Assembly (NCBI GenBank): GCA_038087875.1
Contig: CM075995.1
Span: forward strand, 9,612,001-9,676,000
Reading direction: 5' to 3'
Source: Malacoraja senta
Taxonomy: Eukaryota
Length of the DNA: 64,000 bases
Under the pieces are notes generated by a model. It was not told the origin of the DNA. It did not search any database and worked only from the letters and a program-made list of their open reading frames with translations. The translations under genes and the position numbers were made by a program. Shown here one piece after another: positions 27,101-39,887 of the stretch (the first letter of the stretch is position 1; the number at the start of each line of letters is the position of its first letter).

Positions 27101-28850
27101 CCCTCACAGCAGATGAAGTCCCTGGTTGAACACACTACCAATGACCCTGCCCTGCAACAGCTGTCTGCCGTCATCCGGCAGGGCTGGCCTGACCGTCGTT
27201 CGGCACTGCCGGCTGGTGCCGTGCCCTACTTCCTGGTCCGTGACGAGCTCGTACTGCACGACGGCGTGGTGGTGAAGGGTCACAAGGTGGTCGTGCCCGC
27301 AGCGCTGCACGACCACTATTTTCAAGTCGCTCACCGCGGTCATCCTGGGGCCGAAGCCACCGTGTCTCTCGCCAGGAGCCAGTTCTATTGGCCGGATATG
27401 GCCAAATACATCCGGGAGAGGGTCTCCTCGTGTTCCACCTGCAACAGCCTCGCCCCCCACCAGCAGCGTCAGCCGCTTCTGCAGCAGCCCGCGCCCGAAC
27501 TGCCCTGGATGGCGCTTGCCGCCGACATTTATCGAGTGGCGGGGCAAACACTTCCTGGTTCTCGTTGACTCCTACTCCAGCTGGTTTGTGGTCGACCGGC
27601 TGCATTCCATAACCTCTTCGGCCGTCATCGATAGGTTGTACCCTCATTTTGGCACTTTTGGCCCCCCGGCAAGCCTGCAATCGGACAATGGCAGCCAGTT
27701 CACGAGCTCCGAGTTTAAAGCGTTCGCTTCCAGATGGAACTTCCGCCATTTCACCAGCAGCCCGGAGTACCCGCAAAGCAACGGTTTGGCCGAGCGCGCA
27801 GTCCGCAGCGCGAAGCACCTGTTGGAACAGTGTGGTGGCATTAACTCCGACTTCCATCTGGCCCTCCTCAACCTTCGGAACATTTCCCGCGACTCTGCCA
27901 TGGGTTCACCTGCTCAGCGGCTCATGTCTCGCGCTACCAGACTCCCGCTCCCTGTGGCCCAGTGCTCCCTCATACCCTCCATCCTCCCACCTGCGGCGGT
28001 TCAGAAACGCATTGCCTTCAGGCACGACGTCCAAAAGCGTTCCCATGACAGGTCCTGCCACCCGCTGCCGCGCCTCTTCCCCGGTCAAGTTGTCCGTATG
28101 CAGACCGCTCCCGGTCACTCCAAGCTCGCTACCGTCGACGGCTCTGCGGGGTCGCCCAGGTCCTATCTCGTCGACCACGCAGGAGCCATTTACCGACGGT
28201 CCCGCCAGCGCCTTCGGCTCGTCAACGAGCCGCGTCCTCCTGCCGCGGATCCCTTTGCTCCCCCACTGCCTGTTTCACGTCAGGGCGTTGCTCTGCCCGT
28301 CCTTCCTGACATGCAACGTTCTGCTCCTCCTCAGCCCCTTCCGTTCCACCCCACTCCGACTAGTCCTCGCTCGCCTGCCCGCGCTCTTCCCGGTCCTGAT
28401 CTCGCATCACCTCCGGGTTCGGTGCCGCGGTCTCCTCCGTCTCCTCCCGTTTCCCCCTTTCAGGTTCGTCTGTCCCCGCCGGTGCCTCTTCCTCCTGCAG
28501 GAAGGGTGGATGGCGAGACGCGAACCCGGGCGGGACGTCTTGTCAAACCGCCTGACCGCTATGGCGATTTTGTTTAACTATCCTAGCGCATGAGCCGTGG
28601 TCGCCATGTCACCATTGTATTTGCCTGTCGTTTCGAAGAGGAAAGATGTAGATGAGATATGCATGTGCCTTTAACATAGTGACCTCATACCTACTAACCA
28701 CTCCCCATATCACAAGTATAACTACAACCTCCCCACCCACAGATCGCTCTCTAGTTCCTGTGACAGACCACGTACAGCTAGTGCAATGTGTAATGCTCCA
28801 GTATGAATAAAGATAATAAAGTAACGATGCCTCGTTATAGATTCTTTACA
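24104..28850 (+). mobile_element. Full-length Gypsy (Mag-like) LTR retrotransposon, copy 1
   Basis: 204-bp TG..CA LTRs at 24104-24307 and 28647-28850 with 3 differences; TSD GTTGG; PBS TGGTGTCA at 24308; PPT 28635-28646. Confidence 0.97.
24404..28577 (+). CDS. Gag-Pol polyprotein (CCHC knuckles, protease, RT, RNase H, integrase) with one +1 frameshift at ~27531
   Basis: CNVCKKLNHFAAAC, IDTGA, LDAKSSFWQ, MPFG, IVDD, CDAS, YAQIEKE, HRGH..CSTC, SDNG, SNGLAER. There is an extra A relative to copy 2. Confidence 0.9.
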
Positions 28851-29599
28851 GTTGGTACAGAAGAAATTCCACCTGAGGGGGTTCTTGATAAATCATCTTC
28901 CCCATAAGGAACTCTAAGCTAGCGACCCTAGCAGCCATAACATTTTCTGACTGAGGAGGGTTTACCTCCGGGTCTGACTCATCGGAGTCTGCTGGTCATA
29001 TGGACTTTTGTCCTGCCTTGCGCCCCACCGGCGGTATAACGGCACTTTCGACCGCAACAGGAGTTGATGGCCTCGCTGCCACTGACTCCTCTAACTGACA
29101 CCCGCTACCCTCAGATACTTGGGGTTTACCTGCGGTACGTCTTTTCCTCTGCGCCCACTCTCCATAATAACTTGCGTGGAGCTCCACCAACAAGTCTGAC
29201 AAGAAAGGCGAACCTGGAAGCGAAAGTGAAAGCACTTACCTTCCGACTTTTACTTTACTCCACACATGGTCGCAACGCTATGCGTCTGACGATATGACAC
29301 GTGTGCGGCTGGACGGGCTCTTCTTCACGTAGTCACTCACGTGACTCTGAAGTAAAATCATATTTACGGGCAACAGAACAATAATTCTTACTTCCAGCAG
29401 AATAACAGGTTTATAACCACAGTGTTAATAAAGATAATGAACAAAAAAAAATCAATGTTAAACCCTAATATTAGTGAAAATAGCCAAATGTCCTTAGTAC
29501 ATAAAAGGAAGAATAGTGCGGCACAGTACGGCTCTTTGGCCACAAACATGATGTGCCAAATGGTCTGTTCCTGTGCTGAACTGTTCCAAATTCTACAAA

Positions 29600-30445
29600 A
29601 ATGGATTGAGAAATGGCAGATGGAGTACGTGAGAGGTGTTGCACATTGTGAGGTTGTATGTAAGGGAAACTATACAATGAATGGCATGACCCTTGACAGT
29701 AATGCTGTACAGAGGCATCTGGGGTCAATGCTGTCCATATCTCTGTATGTGGCAACACATGGTAAAGGCTGAAAGGGTATGCTTGTTTCATAGGTCAGGG
29801 CATTGAGCATAAAAGTCAGGAAGTTATGATGTAGTTTTGTATGATTTTGTTTAGACCGCTTTTGTTGTATTGTTGTATAGTTCTGGTCGCCCAATTACAG
29901 GAACGATGCAGAAGCTTTGGAGAGGGTGCAGAGGTGGTTTATCAGAATAGTGCCTGAATTAAAGGGTATTTAGCTACATGGAGAGGGTGCAGAGGGGTTT
30001 TGCCAGAATGCTCTGGATTAGAGGGTTTCAGCTACAGGGACAGGTTGGACAGACATGGACTGTTTTCTCTGGATGCCAGAGGTTGCGGGAAGACCTGATA
30101 GAAGTTTATAAAATGACGAGAGACAAAGATAGGGTTGACAGAACCTGTTTGCCTGGAGAGAGAAATCAACAAAAAGAGGGCACAGCTTCAAGATGAGAGG
30201 AGCAAATTTAAGATAAGTGCAGGAGTAATTTTTTTTACACAGGTGGTGGTGAGTGTCAGGAAGTCACTGCTGAGGTTGGTAGTTGAGGCAGGTATGACCG
30301 TGGCATTTAAGAGGCATATGGATGTGCAGAGAATAGAGAGACATGGATTATGTACAGGCAGATGTGTCATCCTTGGCATCATGTTGAGTATAGATTGTGG
30401 GCCGAAGGGCCTGTTCTGGTGTTGTAATGTTCTATGCTCTGTAAC
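29600..30445 (+). mobile_element. Old CR1 3' portion
   Basis: EKWQME, RLREDLIEVYK and a CR1-type 3'UTR. Confidence 0.75.
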
Positions 30446-30470
30446 AATGACTCACTATGTTTGCAGTTAC

Positions 30471-30669
30471 CTGCTGCCAACAGTCTCCACTTCTCTCAGT
30501 TGCGCTGACTGCTTCTGTTTTTGCATGAATATCCTCCATCAATATTTGGATTTCCAGACGAGACAAATTTGGAATCATTGCGAATCAGCAGATGACACTT
30601 TCACACTTTTGAATATCATCTTTGTGAGTCCCAGAAGGATGTCCAGAAAGGGGATAGCTTTAGTGTTAG
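30471..30669 (-). other. Candidate exon (non-repetitive island with strong splice sites)
   Basis: Acceptor TTTTTTTTCTTTTGCCCCAAG and donor CAG|GTAACT. ATG at 30578 opens 36 codons up to the donor. Confidence 0.3.
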
Positions 30670-31701
30670 CTTGGGGCAAAAGAAAAAAAAACTCATCTTT
30701 GAAATGGATGGCATAACATAGAGATAAAAACTGGGATTAGTGTTCACACTGCCCCCTTCTCTCCACACAGCCCTGTATCACTCCCACATTAAGCCCACTG
30801 CCCTGTATCAATCCCAGGTTTATCTCGTGGACAGGGGTACAATCAGAAAAAGAGGTATAGAATGACTCATCAAGTCTTGTTTGCATCCTTCCTATAACAG
30901 GGTAACCAGGATGATTACAATACACCTAATGCTGCCTCACCAACGTCTGGTGCCGCTGAAGGAGACGGGACCACTGCCTTCTATGGCAGAGAATTCCACT
31001 AATTCACAACTCTGGGTGAGAAAGTCTCAGTCTCATCTCAGTGCTAGGCAAAGAGACATTTCAGGTAACATATTTTTCGTGAAGATTTTTTTAGCTGTAT
31101 GAGGCCATTTATTGAAACATATAAGATTATTAAGGGTTTGGACATGCTAGAGCAGAATGCTGGGGGAGTCCAGAACCAGGGGCCACTGTTTAAGAATAAG
31201 GGGTAGGTCATTTAGAACAAAGATGAGGAAATACTTTTTCACACAGAGTCATGAATAGACAATATACAATAGGTGCAGGAGTAGGCCATTCAGCCCTTCA
31301 ATGTGATCATGGCTGATCATCAACAATCAGTACCCCGTTCCTGCCTTCTCCCCATATACCCTGACTCCGCTATCTTCTAGAGTGGATTGGCAGTGGAGGC
31401 CAATTCTCTGGAGGCTTTCAAGAGAGATAGATAGAGCTCTTAAAGATAGCAGAATCGAGGGATATGGGGAGAAGGCAGGAATGGGGTACTGGTTGTTGAT
31501 GATCATAGCAATGTCTATTGTCTATTTCATGAATTATATATCTTTTGGGTTTTATTTTACTGCTTATGTTAGAAAAATTCTAAGCTTATGTTATGTAAAC
31601 TACCAGCAGAAAGGTTGAGAATCATTTTCAATTTATTGAAAATGCGTTGCCCCCTGAACCCCCACCGGGTGGCTGCCCCTGGACCCAGCTGGTGGCCTAG
31701 C

Positions 31702-34700
31702 CTCTAGTTCCTGTGACAGACCACGTACAGCTAGTGCAATGTATAATGATCCAGTATGAATAAAGATAGTAAAGTAACGATGCCTCGTTATCAATCCTTT
31801 ACATGGTGTCAAATAACTTACCTTGCGCCTCCTGTTTATCGGTTTATCATTTAATTTTGACCCAGTTTTTTGTTTCCCCCCCACCTGTTTCTTGTTATGG
31901 CCTCTTCTGCCCGTAAGCCCGATGCGCTCGTTTTTGATTTCGACATCGGCCTTCGATGGGACATATTCAAACATGACTTTGAACACTATTTCACGATTGC
32001 CCATCCTGGTGCCACCCCCGCTCTCAAAGGCCTCCCTGCTTCTCAACTTGGCTGGTCCCGACGCCTTGACTCGCTTTGACTTCTTCGTCTACGCTGCTGG
32101 AGAAACAGCTCGGGACCCGGTATGTCTGTTGGCTAAGTTTGACGCTATTTGTGACATTCCGACTAATTGCATTTTAGAACGTTTTAAACTGTTAGCGCGG
32201 CGTCAGCTCCCTGGGGAATCTGCTGAGAACTATGTCATTGCGCTGCGGGACCTGGGCAGGCGCTGCCGCCTCGACACGTGGACCCCCGATAATGTCATCA
32301 GGGACCTACTGGTTTACGGTCTCCGTGATGAGAAGCTCAGGTCCGAACTTCTTCGCAAGCCGGATTTGACCTTGGCCGATGCCATGCACGCTACTCGCTT
32401 AGCTGACGCTGTTTCCTCGGCGGCGCCGCCGGCTGAGCAGGCGATCAACTTTGCCAGCACTCCTAGTTATCTCATGAACACACCCCAGTCGCGACCCCCG
32501 GGGTCGCTCGCTGCTCGAGGGGGACGCGCCCCGGGGTTCGGTGCTGCTACAAGGGGAGGTACCCAGCAAAGGTGCCCTAATTGCAACTTCACAACTCATC
32601 AGTTCAATGTATGCCCTGCTCTAGGTAAGACTTGCAATTCCTGCAATAAGTTGAACCATTTTGCTGCAGCTTGTCGTTCCCGTGGGAAGCCTGTCGCTGC
32701 TCGAAGGCAAAATTTAAACAACCTTCTACAGTCGGATAATGAGCTCAGCTCCCAGTACTATTCCGATGAACATTCTGTTCCTACATCTAACTCCTCTCAG
32801 GGGGAGACCAGCTTGTTTACCGTGGTGGACGCACCTGCTATGATAACGGATCCTTCTGTGCAAGTCACTGTGAACAACTCGACCTTCACGGCCAAAATCG
32901 ACACTGGGGCGGTAACCAATGTTATGTCAACATCCCTTTTCAACCAGATAAGAACTAATGAGCAGATATTTTCTCAGAGCTCAAACCTGCATGCCTACGG
33001 TGGGGAGATCCTTACTCCTGTGGGCAAGGCCACACTACACTGTAAGATACTGAAGACCACTCGGCCCCTCACCTTCTATCTCCTCAATCGAAAATGCATT
33101 CCCCTGCTGGGGATCCAGGCATGCCAGGAAATGGGACTGGTGTCCTTCCACCGGGACATCCACCAGGTGCAGGCTCTTATGGACCCGCTGGCCGATTATC
33201 CCGACCGCTTTGATGATAAGCTAGGCAAACTACCCTGCAGCTACAAGATTGAAGTGGACCATAAGATCGTTCCTGTGGTCCATGCTCCTCACCGTATCTC
33301 CTTCGCCATGAGGGACAAAGTGGAGGCGACCCTACACAGTATGGTACAAATGGGCGTCCTAAAGGCGGTCGTCGAGCCCACCAGCTGGGTCTCTTCCATG
33401 GTTGTTGCTGTTAAAAAGGACATGAGTGAGATACGCATCTGCATCAACCCCAGAGACCTCAACCTGGCCATTCGGCGCCCTCACTACCCTATGAGAACGG
33501 TGGAAGACGTCGCTGCACAGGTTGGTCCAGCAACGGTTTTTTCGGTCCTCGATGCCAAAAGCTCATTCTGGCAGATACCACTGGACGAGCGGTCGTCCAT
33601 TTTGACAACTTTCGCCACCCCCTACGGAAGGTTTCGGTTCCTCCGAATGCCCTTCGGAATCAACTCTGCCAGCGAGGTATTCCAGCGAACCATGGAACAG
33701 TTGTTTTCAGATCTGCCTTGCGCCATAATTGTTGACGACATCCTCGTTTACGGTAAGGACGTTGCCGAACACGATGTCAACCTCCGCCTGATCCTGGACC
33801 GGGCCAGGCAAATCAACTTGAAACTGAACCCCAAGAAGTGCCGATTCCGCGTCTCGGAGGTCACCTATGTTGGACATGTATTCACCGCTGAGGGGCTAAA
33901 GCCAGACCCGCAGAAAACGGCTGCCATCTCAGGGATGCCCCCTCCTACTAACGTGGCAGGCCTGCAACGCTTCCTCGGCTTGGTAAACTACCTGGGGAAG
34001 TTCATCCCCGACCTCAGCGAGCTCAGCGCTCCCCTGAGGGATCTGATCAAAAAGGACACGTCCTGGCTTTGGTTACCCAATCATCAGAAGGCATTTGACA
34101 TTCTTAAGTCTAAACTGATCAGCACACCCACGCTCAAGTTCTTTGACCTGCAGCGTCCCATTGTCCTCACCTGCGACGCCTCTCAATTCGGACTCGGTGC
34201 CGCCTGCCTCCAGGTCCATGACGGCCTGCAGCTGCCTGTCTCCTTCGCGTCCCGCACCATGACCGCCACCGAACAGCACTACGCGCAGATTGAGAAGGAG
34301 CTACTGGCCGTGGTGTTTGCCTGCTCCAAATTCCGGGACTACATCGTGGGCAACACTTTCACCGTTGAAACTGACCATCAACCACTTGTTACCATCCTCA
34401 ACAAACCGATCCATGTGGCCTCATCACGTCTGCAGCGCATGCTGCTGCAGCTCCAGCGTTTCACGTTCACGGTGGTTTATCGTAAGGGCAAGGACATGTT
34501 CGTAGCCGACACGTTGTCTCGCGCCCCGCTAACGTCCACTGCTCACCACCAATACGAAATGTCTGAGTTACTAGTACTACGATTGAACTTCGTCCCCTCG
34601 CCACAGATGAAGTCCCTGGTTGAACACACTACCAACGACCCTGCCCTGCAACAGCTGTCTGCCGTCATCCGGCAGGGCTGGCCTGACCGTCGCTCGGCAC

Positions 34701-36342
34701 TGCCGGCTGGAGCCGTGCCCTACTTCCTGATTCGGGACGAGCTCGTACTGCACGACGGCGTGGTGGTGAAGGGTCACAAAGTGGTCGTGCCCGCGGCGCT
34801 GCACGACCGATATTTTCAAGTCGCACACCGCGGTCACACTGGGGCCGAAGCCACTGTGTCTCTCGCCAAGAGCCAGTTCTATTGGCCGGATATGGCCAAG
34901 TACATCCGGGAGAGGGTCTCCTCGTGTTCGACCTGCAACAGCCGCGCCCCCCATCAGCAGCGTCAGCCGCTTCTACAGCAGCCCGCGCCCGGACTGCCCT
35001 GGATGGCGCTCGCCACAGACATTTTCGAGTGGCGGGGCAAACATTTCCTGGTACTCGTTGACTCCTACTCCAGCTGGTTTGTGGTTGACCGGCTGCCTTC
35101 CGTGACCTCTTCGGCCGTCATCGACAGGTTGTACCCTCACTTTAGCACTTTTGGCCCCCCGGCAAGCTTGCAGTCGGACAATGGCAGCCAGTTCACGAGC
35201 TCCGAGTTTAAAGCGTTCGCTTCCAGATGGAACTTTCGCCATTTCACCAGCAGCCCGGAGTACCCGCAAAGCAACGGTTTGGCCGAGCGCGCGGTCCGCA
35301 GTGCTAAGCACTTGTTGGAACAGTGTGGTGGCATTAACTCCGACTTCCACCTGGCCCTCCTCAGCCTTCGGAACATTTCCCGCGACTCTGCCATGGGTTC
35401 ACCTGCTCAGCGGCTCCTGTCTCGCGCTACCAGGCTCCCGCTCCCTGTGACCCAGCGCTCCCTCATACCCTCGGTCCTCCCACCTGCGGCGGTTCAGAAA
35501 CGAATTGCCTTCAGGCACGACGTCCAAAAGCGTTCCCATGACAGGTCCTGCCACCCGCTGCCGCCCCTCTTCCCCGGTCAAGTAGTCCGTATGCAGACCA
35601 CTCCCGGTCACTCCAAGCTCGCTACTGTCGTCGGCTCTGCGGGGTCGCCCAGGTCCTATTTCGTCGACTACGCTGGGGCCATTTACCGACGGTCCCGCCA
35701 GCACCTTCGGCTCGTCAACGAGCCGCGTCCTCCTGCCGCCGATCCCTTTGCTCCCCGCTGCCTGTTTCGCGTCCGGCCGTTGCCCTGCCCGTGATTCCTG
35801 ACATGCCTCGCTCTGCTCCTCCTTCGCCCCTTCCGCTCCATCACACTCCGACTAGTCCTCGCTCGCCCGCCCGGGCTCTTCCCGGTCCCGGCCCCGCATC
35901 CCCTCCGGGTTCGGTGCCGCGGTCTCTTCCGTTTCCTCCCGTTTCTCCCTTTCAGGTTCGTACTTCCCCGCCGGTGCCTCTTCCTCCTGCAGGAAGGGTG
36001 GATGGCGAGACGTGGACCCGGGCGGGACGTCTTGTCAAACCGCCTGACCGCTATGGCGATGTTGCCTAGCTATCCTAGCGCATGAGCCGTGGTCGCCATG
36101 TCACCATTGTATTTGCCTGTCGTTTCGGAGAGGAAGGATGTAGATGAGATATGCATGTGCCTTTAACATAGTGACCTCATACCTACTAACCACTCCCCAT
36201 ATCACAAGTATAACTACAACCTCCCCACCCACAGATCGCTCTCTAGTTCCTGTGACAGACCACGTACAGCTAGTGCAATGTATAATGATCCAGTATGAAT
36301 AAAGATAGTAAAGTAACGATGCCTCGTTATCAATCCTTTACA
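31702..36342 (+). mobile_element. Gypsy (Mag-like) LTR retrotransposon, copy 2; 5' LTR missing its first half
   Basis: Partial 5' LTR 31702-31803 is identical to 36241-36342; 3' LTR 36139-36342; PBS at 31804; PPT before 36139. Confidence 0.96.
31897..36069 (+). CDS. Gag-Pol polyprotein, copy 2, with frameshifts at ~32029 (gag N-terminus) and ~35755 (Pro-rich tail)
   Basis: Open from ~32030 to ~35755, covering protease, RT, RNase H and the integrase core; colinear with copy 1. Confidence 0.9.
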
Positions 36343-36524
36343 GTTAACAAAGCTTTCCTCAACACATTTGGTAAATTGCACGCCATCTAAGCCTTTGGCA
36401 CTATGACAATCCCAGTCTATATTGGGGAAGTTAAAATCCCCAACTACGACAACCTTAATATTCACAGCTGTCTGCAATATCCCGGCATATTTGTTCCTCT
36501 AATTCCCGTTGACTATTTGGGGGC
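36343..36524 (-). mobile_element. CR1 endonuclease fragment; a similar fragment lies at 53271-53488
   Basis: VVVVGDFNFPNIDW. Confidence 0.75.
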
Positions 36525-38216
36525 TCCAGTTATTTACCAAATATAATAACGATTTAGACAAGGGAATTAAATGTGACATCTCCAAGTTTACAGTTGACAC
36601 AAAGCTGGTTGGCAGTGCGAGCTGCGAGGAGGATGCTATTAGGCTACAGGGTGACTTGGATAGGTCAGGTGAGGGGGCAGATGCATGGCAGATGCAATGC
36701 AATGTGGATAAATGTGAGGTTATCCACTTATTTTTTTTATTTTTTTATCACAAATATTTCTTCAAATATTAAAATAAAATATATACATTGCTGTAAAAAA
36801 CAAAACAGAACCCACCACCATAATACATGACAAATGATATACTATTATACAACTATCTTACACTCCTTGTCAAGGATGTATTCAACCCCCCCCCCCCCCC
36901 CCGGGGCCCAGCGGTCCCAGAAATCCCCCATGGTGCCCGTGGACAGTGCGTAGGCCCTCTCTAGTACCACAGACATAACCCCAGAAAAGAGGCAGGCAGC
37001 CAGCTCGGGCAGAGCCCTCTTCCACCTGGCGCCGTGACTTGCGGATGGCCAGCTTGGCCAGGCCCAGGAGAAACCCAACCAGGACATCCTTGGCCCTACC
37101 CTCTCTCCTACGCACTGGATGTCAGAAGATGAGGGTGGTGGTTGTGAAGTGCAGCCAGAAGGCAAGGAGCAGCCCCTTTAGGAGCTGCAGCCTCACACAC
37201 TCCATATACACATGGTACACACTCTTCTAGCCCGCAAAAGTGGCAGGCGGCTGGCGAGTCTGTGAACCGCGAGAGAAACAGGTTGCAAGAGACTCCTCGA
37301 TACAGCACCCACTGCCACAGGTCCCCGATGTAGAGGAGGAGAATCCCTGCGTAGAGGGACCCCACTGGGGGGGCCGCTCGCGACCCAAAGGCAATACCAA
37401 CCGCCACTTAGATGGTGGACCAGGGTGAGGAAATGCAGGGTGTGGAAGAGAAGCCCAGGTTATCCACTTTGGTGGCAAGAACAGGATTATTATCTGAATG
37501 GTGTCAGATTAGGAAAAGGGGAGGTGCAACGAGACCTACGTGTGCATCAGTCACTGAAAGTAAGCTTGCAGGTAGTGAAGAAAGCAAATGGCCTTCATTG
37601 CGAGAGGATTTGAGTTTAGGAACAAGGAGATCCTACTGCAGTTGTACAGGGCCCTGGTGAGACCGCACCTGGAATATTGTGTGCACTTTTGATTACTAAT
37701 TTGAGGAAGGACATTATTGCTATTGAGGGAGTGCAGTGTAGGTTCACCAGGTTAATTCCCAGGATGGCGGGACTGACATATGATGAAAGAATGGGTCGAC
37801 TGGGCTTGTATTCACTGGAATTTAGAAGGATGAGAGGGTATCTTATAGAGACATATAACATTCTTAATGGATTGGAAAGGCTAGATGCCGGAAAAATGTT
37901 CCCGATGTTGGGGGAGTCCAGAACCAGGGGTCACAGTTTAAGAATAAGGGTTAGGCCATTGAAGACTGAGATGAGGAAAAATCCTTTTCACCCAGTGAGT
38001 TGTGAATCTGTGGAATTCTCTGCCACAGGCAATGGAGGCCAATTTACAGGACGTTTTCAAGAGAGGGCTAAAAGAATCAAGGGATATGGGGAAAGAGCAG
38101 GAACGGGGTACTGATTTTAGATGATCAGCCATGATCATATTGAATGATGGTGCTGGCACGAAGGGCCAAATGGCCTACTCCTGCACCTATTTGTCTATGT
38201 TTCTATGTTTTCTATG
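36525..38216 (+). mobile_element. CR1 3' half interrupted by a Tx1 fragment
   Basis: RT and C-terminal motifs; (TTTCTATG)n tail. Confidence 0.88.
36730..37456 (-). mobile_element. 5'-truncated Tx1-clade LINE with poly(A) tail
   Basis: DLWQWVL, CHFCGLEE, LGLAKLAI; 13-bp TSD AGGTTATCCACTT at 36717-36729 and 37457-37469. Confidence 0.88.
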
Positions 38217-38419
38217 AATTCCAGCTTCCTGCCTGCCTCAGTCCTGTATGTGATCTCAGCCCCCTCCCAATCTAGTTCAAACCCACCTGGGCAGCACCAG
38301 CAGTCCTGCCTGAGTCAGTGATAGGATGCAGAGTTGAATTAGTTTGCATAGTGACCAAGATGGCAGAGCACCGCTAACCTATCATGGATCCTGTAATTTA
38401 GAGCAATTCACACAGAGAT

Positions 38420-38573
38420 TCACAACTCCAGCTGGAGATCCTCATTCCCATGAGATGTGAAGGGCTTCCACACTTGAACCTTCTTCTCCATTCCGGTCAA
38501 CAAATCCAACGCCTCTTCCAGCAGATGATGGGACTGCAGAGCAGACGGCTGAACCTGGACCAACTTCTTGTGA
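38420..38573 (-). other. Candidate terminal coding exon
   Basis: Pyrimidine-rich acceptor ending CAG at 38574-38576, then HKKLVQVQPSALQSHHLLEEALDLLTGMEKKVQVWKPFTSHGNEDLQLEL*. Not recognisably TE-derived. Confidence 0.25.
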
Positions 38574-38654
38574 CTGAGGACACCATGAAACAGAGCAAGA
38601 GTGTCAAACACACCCAGAGCTTCAGACACAGAATAAAAGGACGTACCTATAGAA

Positions 38655-39795
38655 AATAAATGAGGAGGAACAGTGAAGATGGGTGTGAAAAATTGCAGCA
38701 GGATCTTGATCGATTGGACAGGTGGGCTGAGGAATGGTTGATGGAGTTTAATACAGTATCATGTAAGGTGTTGCATTTTGGGAAGTCTAACATGGGCAGG
38801 ACCTACACAGTGAATGGTAGGCCTCTGGGTAGTGTTGTAGAGCAAAGGGAGTTAGGAGTACAGGTGCATGGTTCCTTGAAGGAGTCGCAGGTAGATCGAG
38901 TGGTTAAATAGACTTTTGGCACATTGGCTTCATCAGTCAGAGTATTGAAGTTGGGAGGTCATGTTGCAGTTGAATAAGACGTTGGTGAGGCCGCATTTAG
39001 AGTATTGTGTTCAGTTCTGAGCACCTTGCTCTAGGAAAGATGTTGTCGAGCTGGAAAGGATGCAAAGAAGATTTATGAGGATGTTCCCAGAGCTAGAGGG
39101 TGTGAGTTATAGGCAGACATTGAGTAGGCTGGGACTCTATTCCTTGGAGTGCAGGAGGATGAGGGGTGACCTTATAGAGGTGTATAAGATCATGAGAGGA
39201 ATAGATTGGGTTGATGCACAGAGTCTCAGATGCACAGAGTAGGTGATTCGAGAACCAGAGGACATAGGTTTAAGGTGAAAGGGAAAAGATTTAATAAGAA
39301 TCTGAGGGGTAACCTTTTCACACAAAGGGTGTTGGGTGTATGGAACAAGCTGCCAGAGGAGGTACTTGAGGCAGGAACTATTCCAACATTTAAGAAAACA
39401 GTTAGATAGGTGCATGGATAGGACAGGTTTGGAGGGATATGGACCAAATGCAGGCAGTTGGGACGAGTGTAGATGGGACATGTTGGCCGGTGTGGGCAAG
39501 TTGGGCTGAAGGGCCTGTTTCCACACTGTATGACTGAATGACTGTATCAATCTATGACTCAATGAATTTCTTTAGCCAGAGGGTGGTGAATCCGTGAAAT
39601 TAATTGCCACAGACTGTTAAAGAGTATTTTTAAAGCAGAGATCGACAGCTTCTTGATTGGTAAGGATGTCAATGGTTACGGGCGGAATGCAGGAGAATGG
39701 AGTTGAGAAGGAAAGAAAGCTCAGCCCTGATTGAATGGCGGAGTAGACTCAATGGGCCGAATGGCCTAATTTTACTCCTATGTTGTATGATTTTT
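38655..39795 (+). mobile_element. CR1 3' half plus a second CR1 3' fragment
   Basis: LQQDLDRLDRWAEEW, RRMRGDLIEVYK; CTATGACT-type tail. Confidence 0.85.
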
Positions 39796-39887
39796 TTTAA
39801 TTTATGATACATAATGAACCTTGTGGAAAACTGATTAGTGTGGGATTGATACAGGGCGGTGGTGAGAGAGCGGGGCAGTGGGATTGA

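Larger units (their letters stand above)
15749..29357 (-). mobile_element. DIRS1-type tyrosine-recombinase retrotransposon, both termini present, with nested L1 and Gypsy insertions and an internal deletion
   Basis: Left ITR 29296-29357, ICR ~15979-16079, right ITR and extension 15749-15856. ORF1, RT (YLDD), RNase H (QIDNTTAVAY) and YR (HSTR, AAGW, YY) are all on minus. Confidence 0.93.

Noticed and set aside
27104..28593. Overlapping and antisense ORFs in the Gypsy integrase region (228 and 314 aa)
   Set aside because: GC-rich shadow frames that are shorter or broken in copy 2; no env-like features.
30471..30578. Loose resemblance of PNLSRLEIQILMEDI to Myb/SANT-like domains of Harbinger-derived proteins
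   Set aside because: Too short and too weak to call without an HMM search.
30135..30716. 193-aa plus-strand ORF
   Set aside because: Chimeric read-through from decayed CR1 into unique sequence; the splice signals favour the minus strand.
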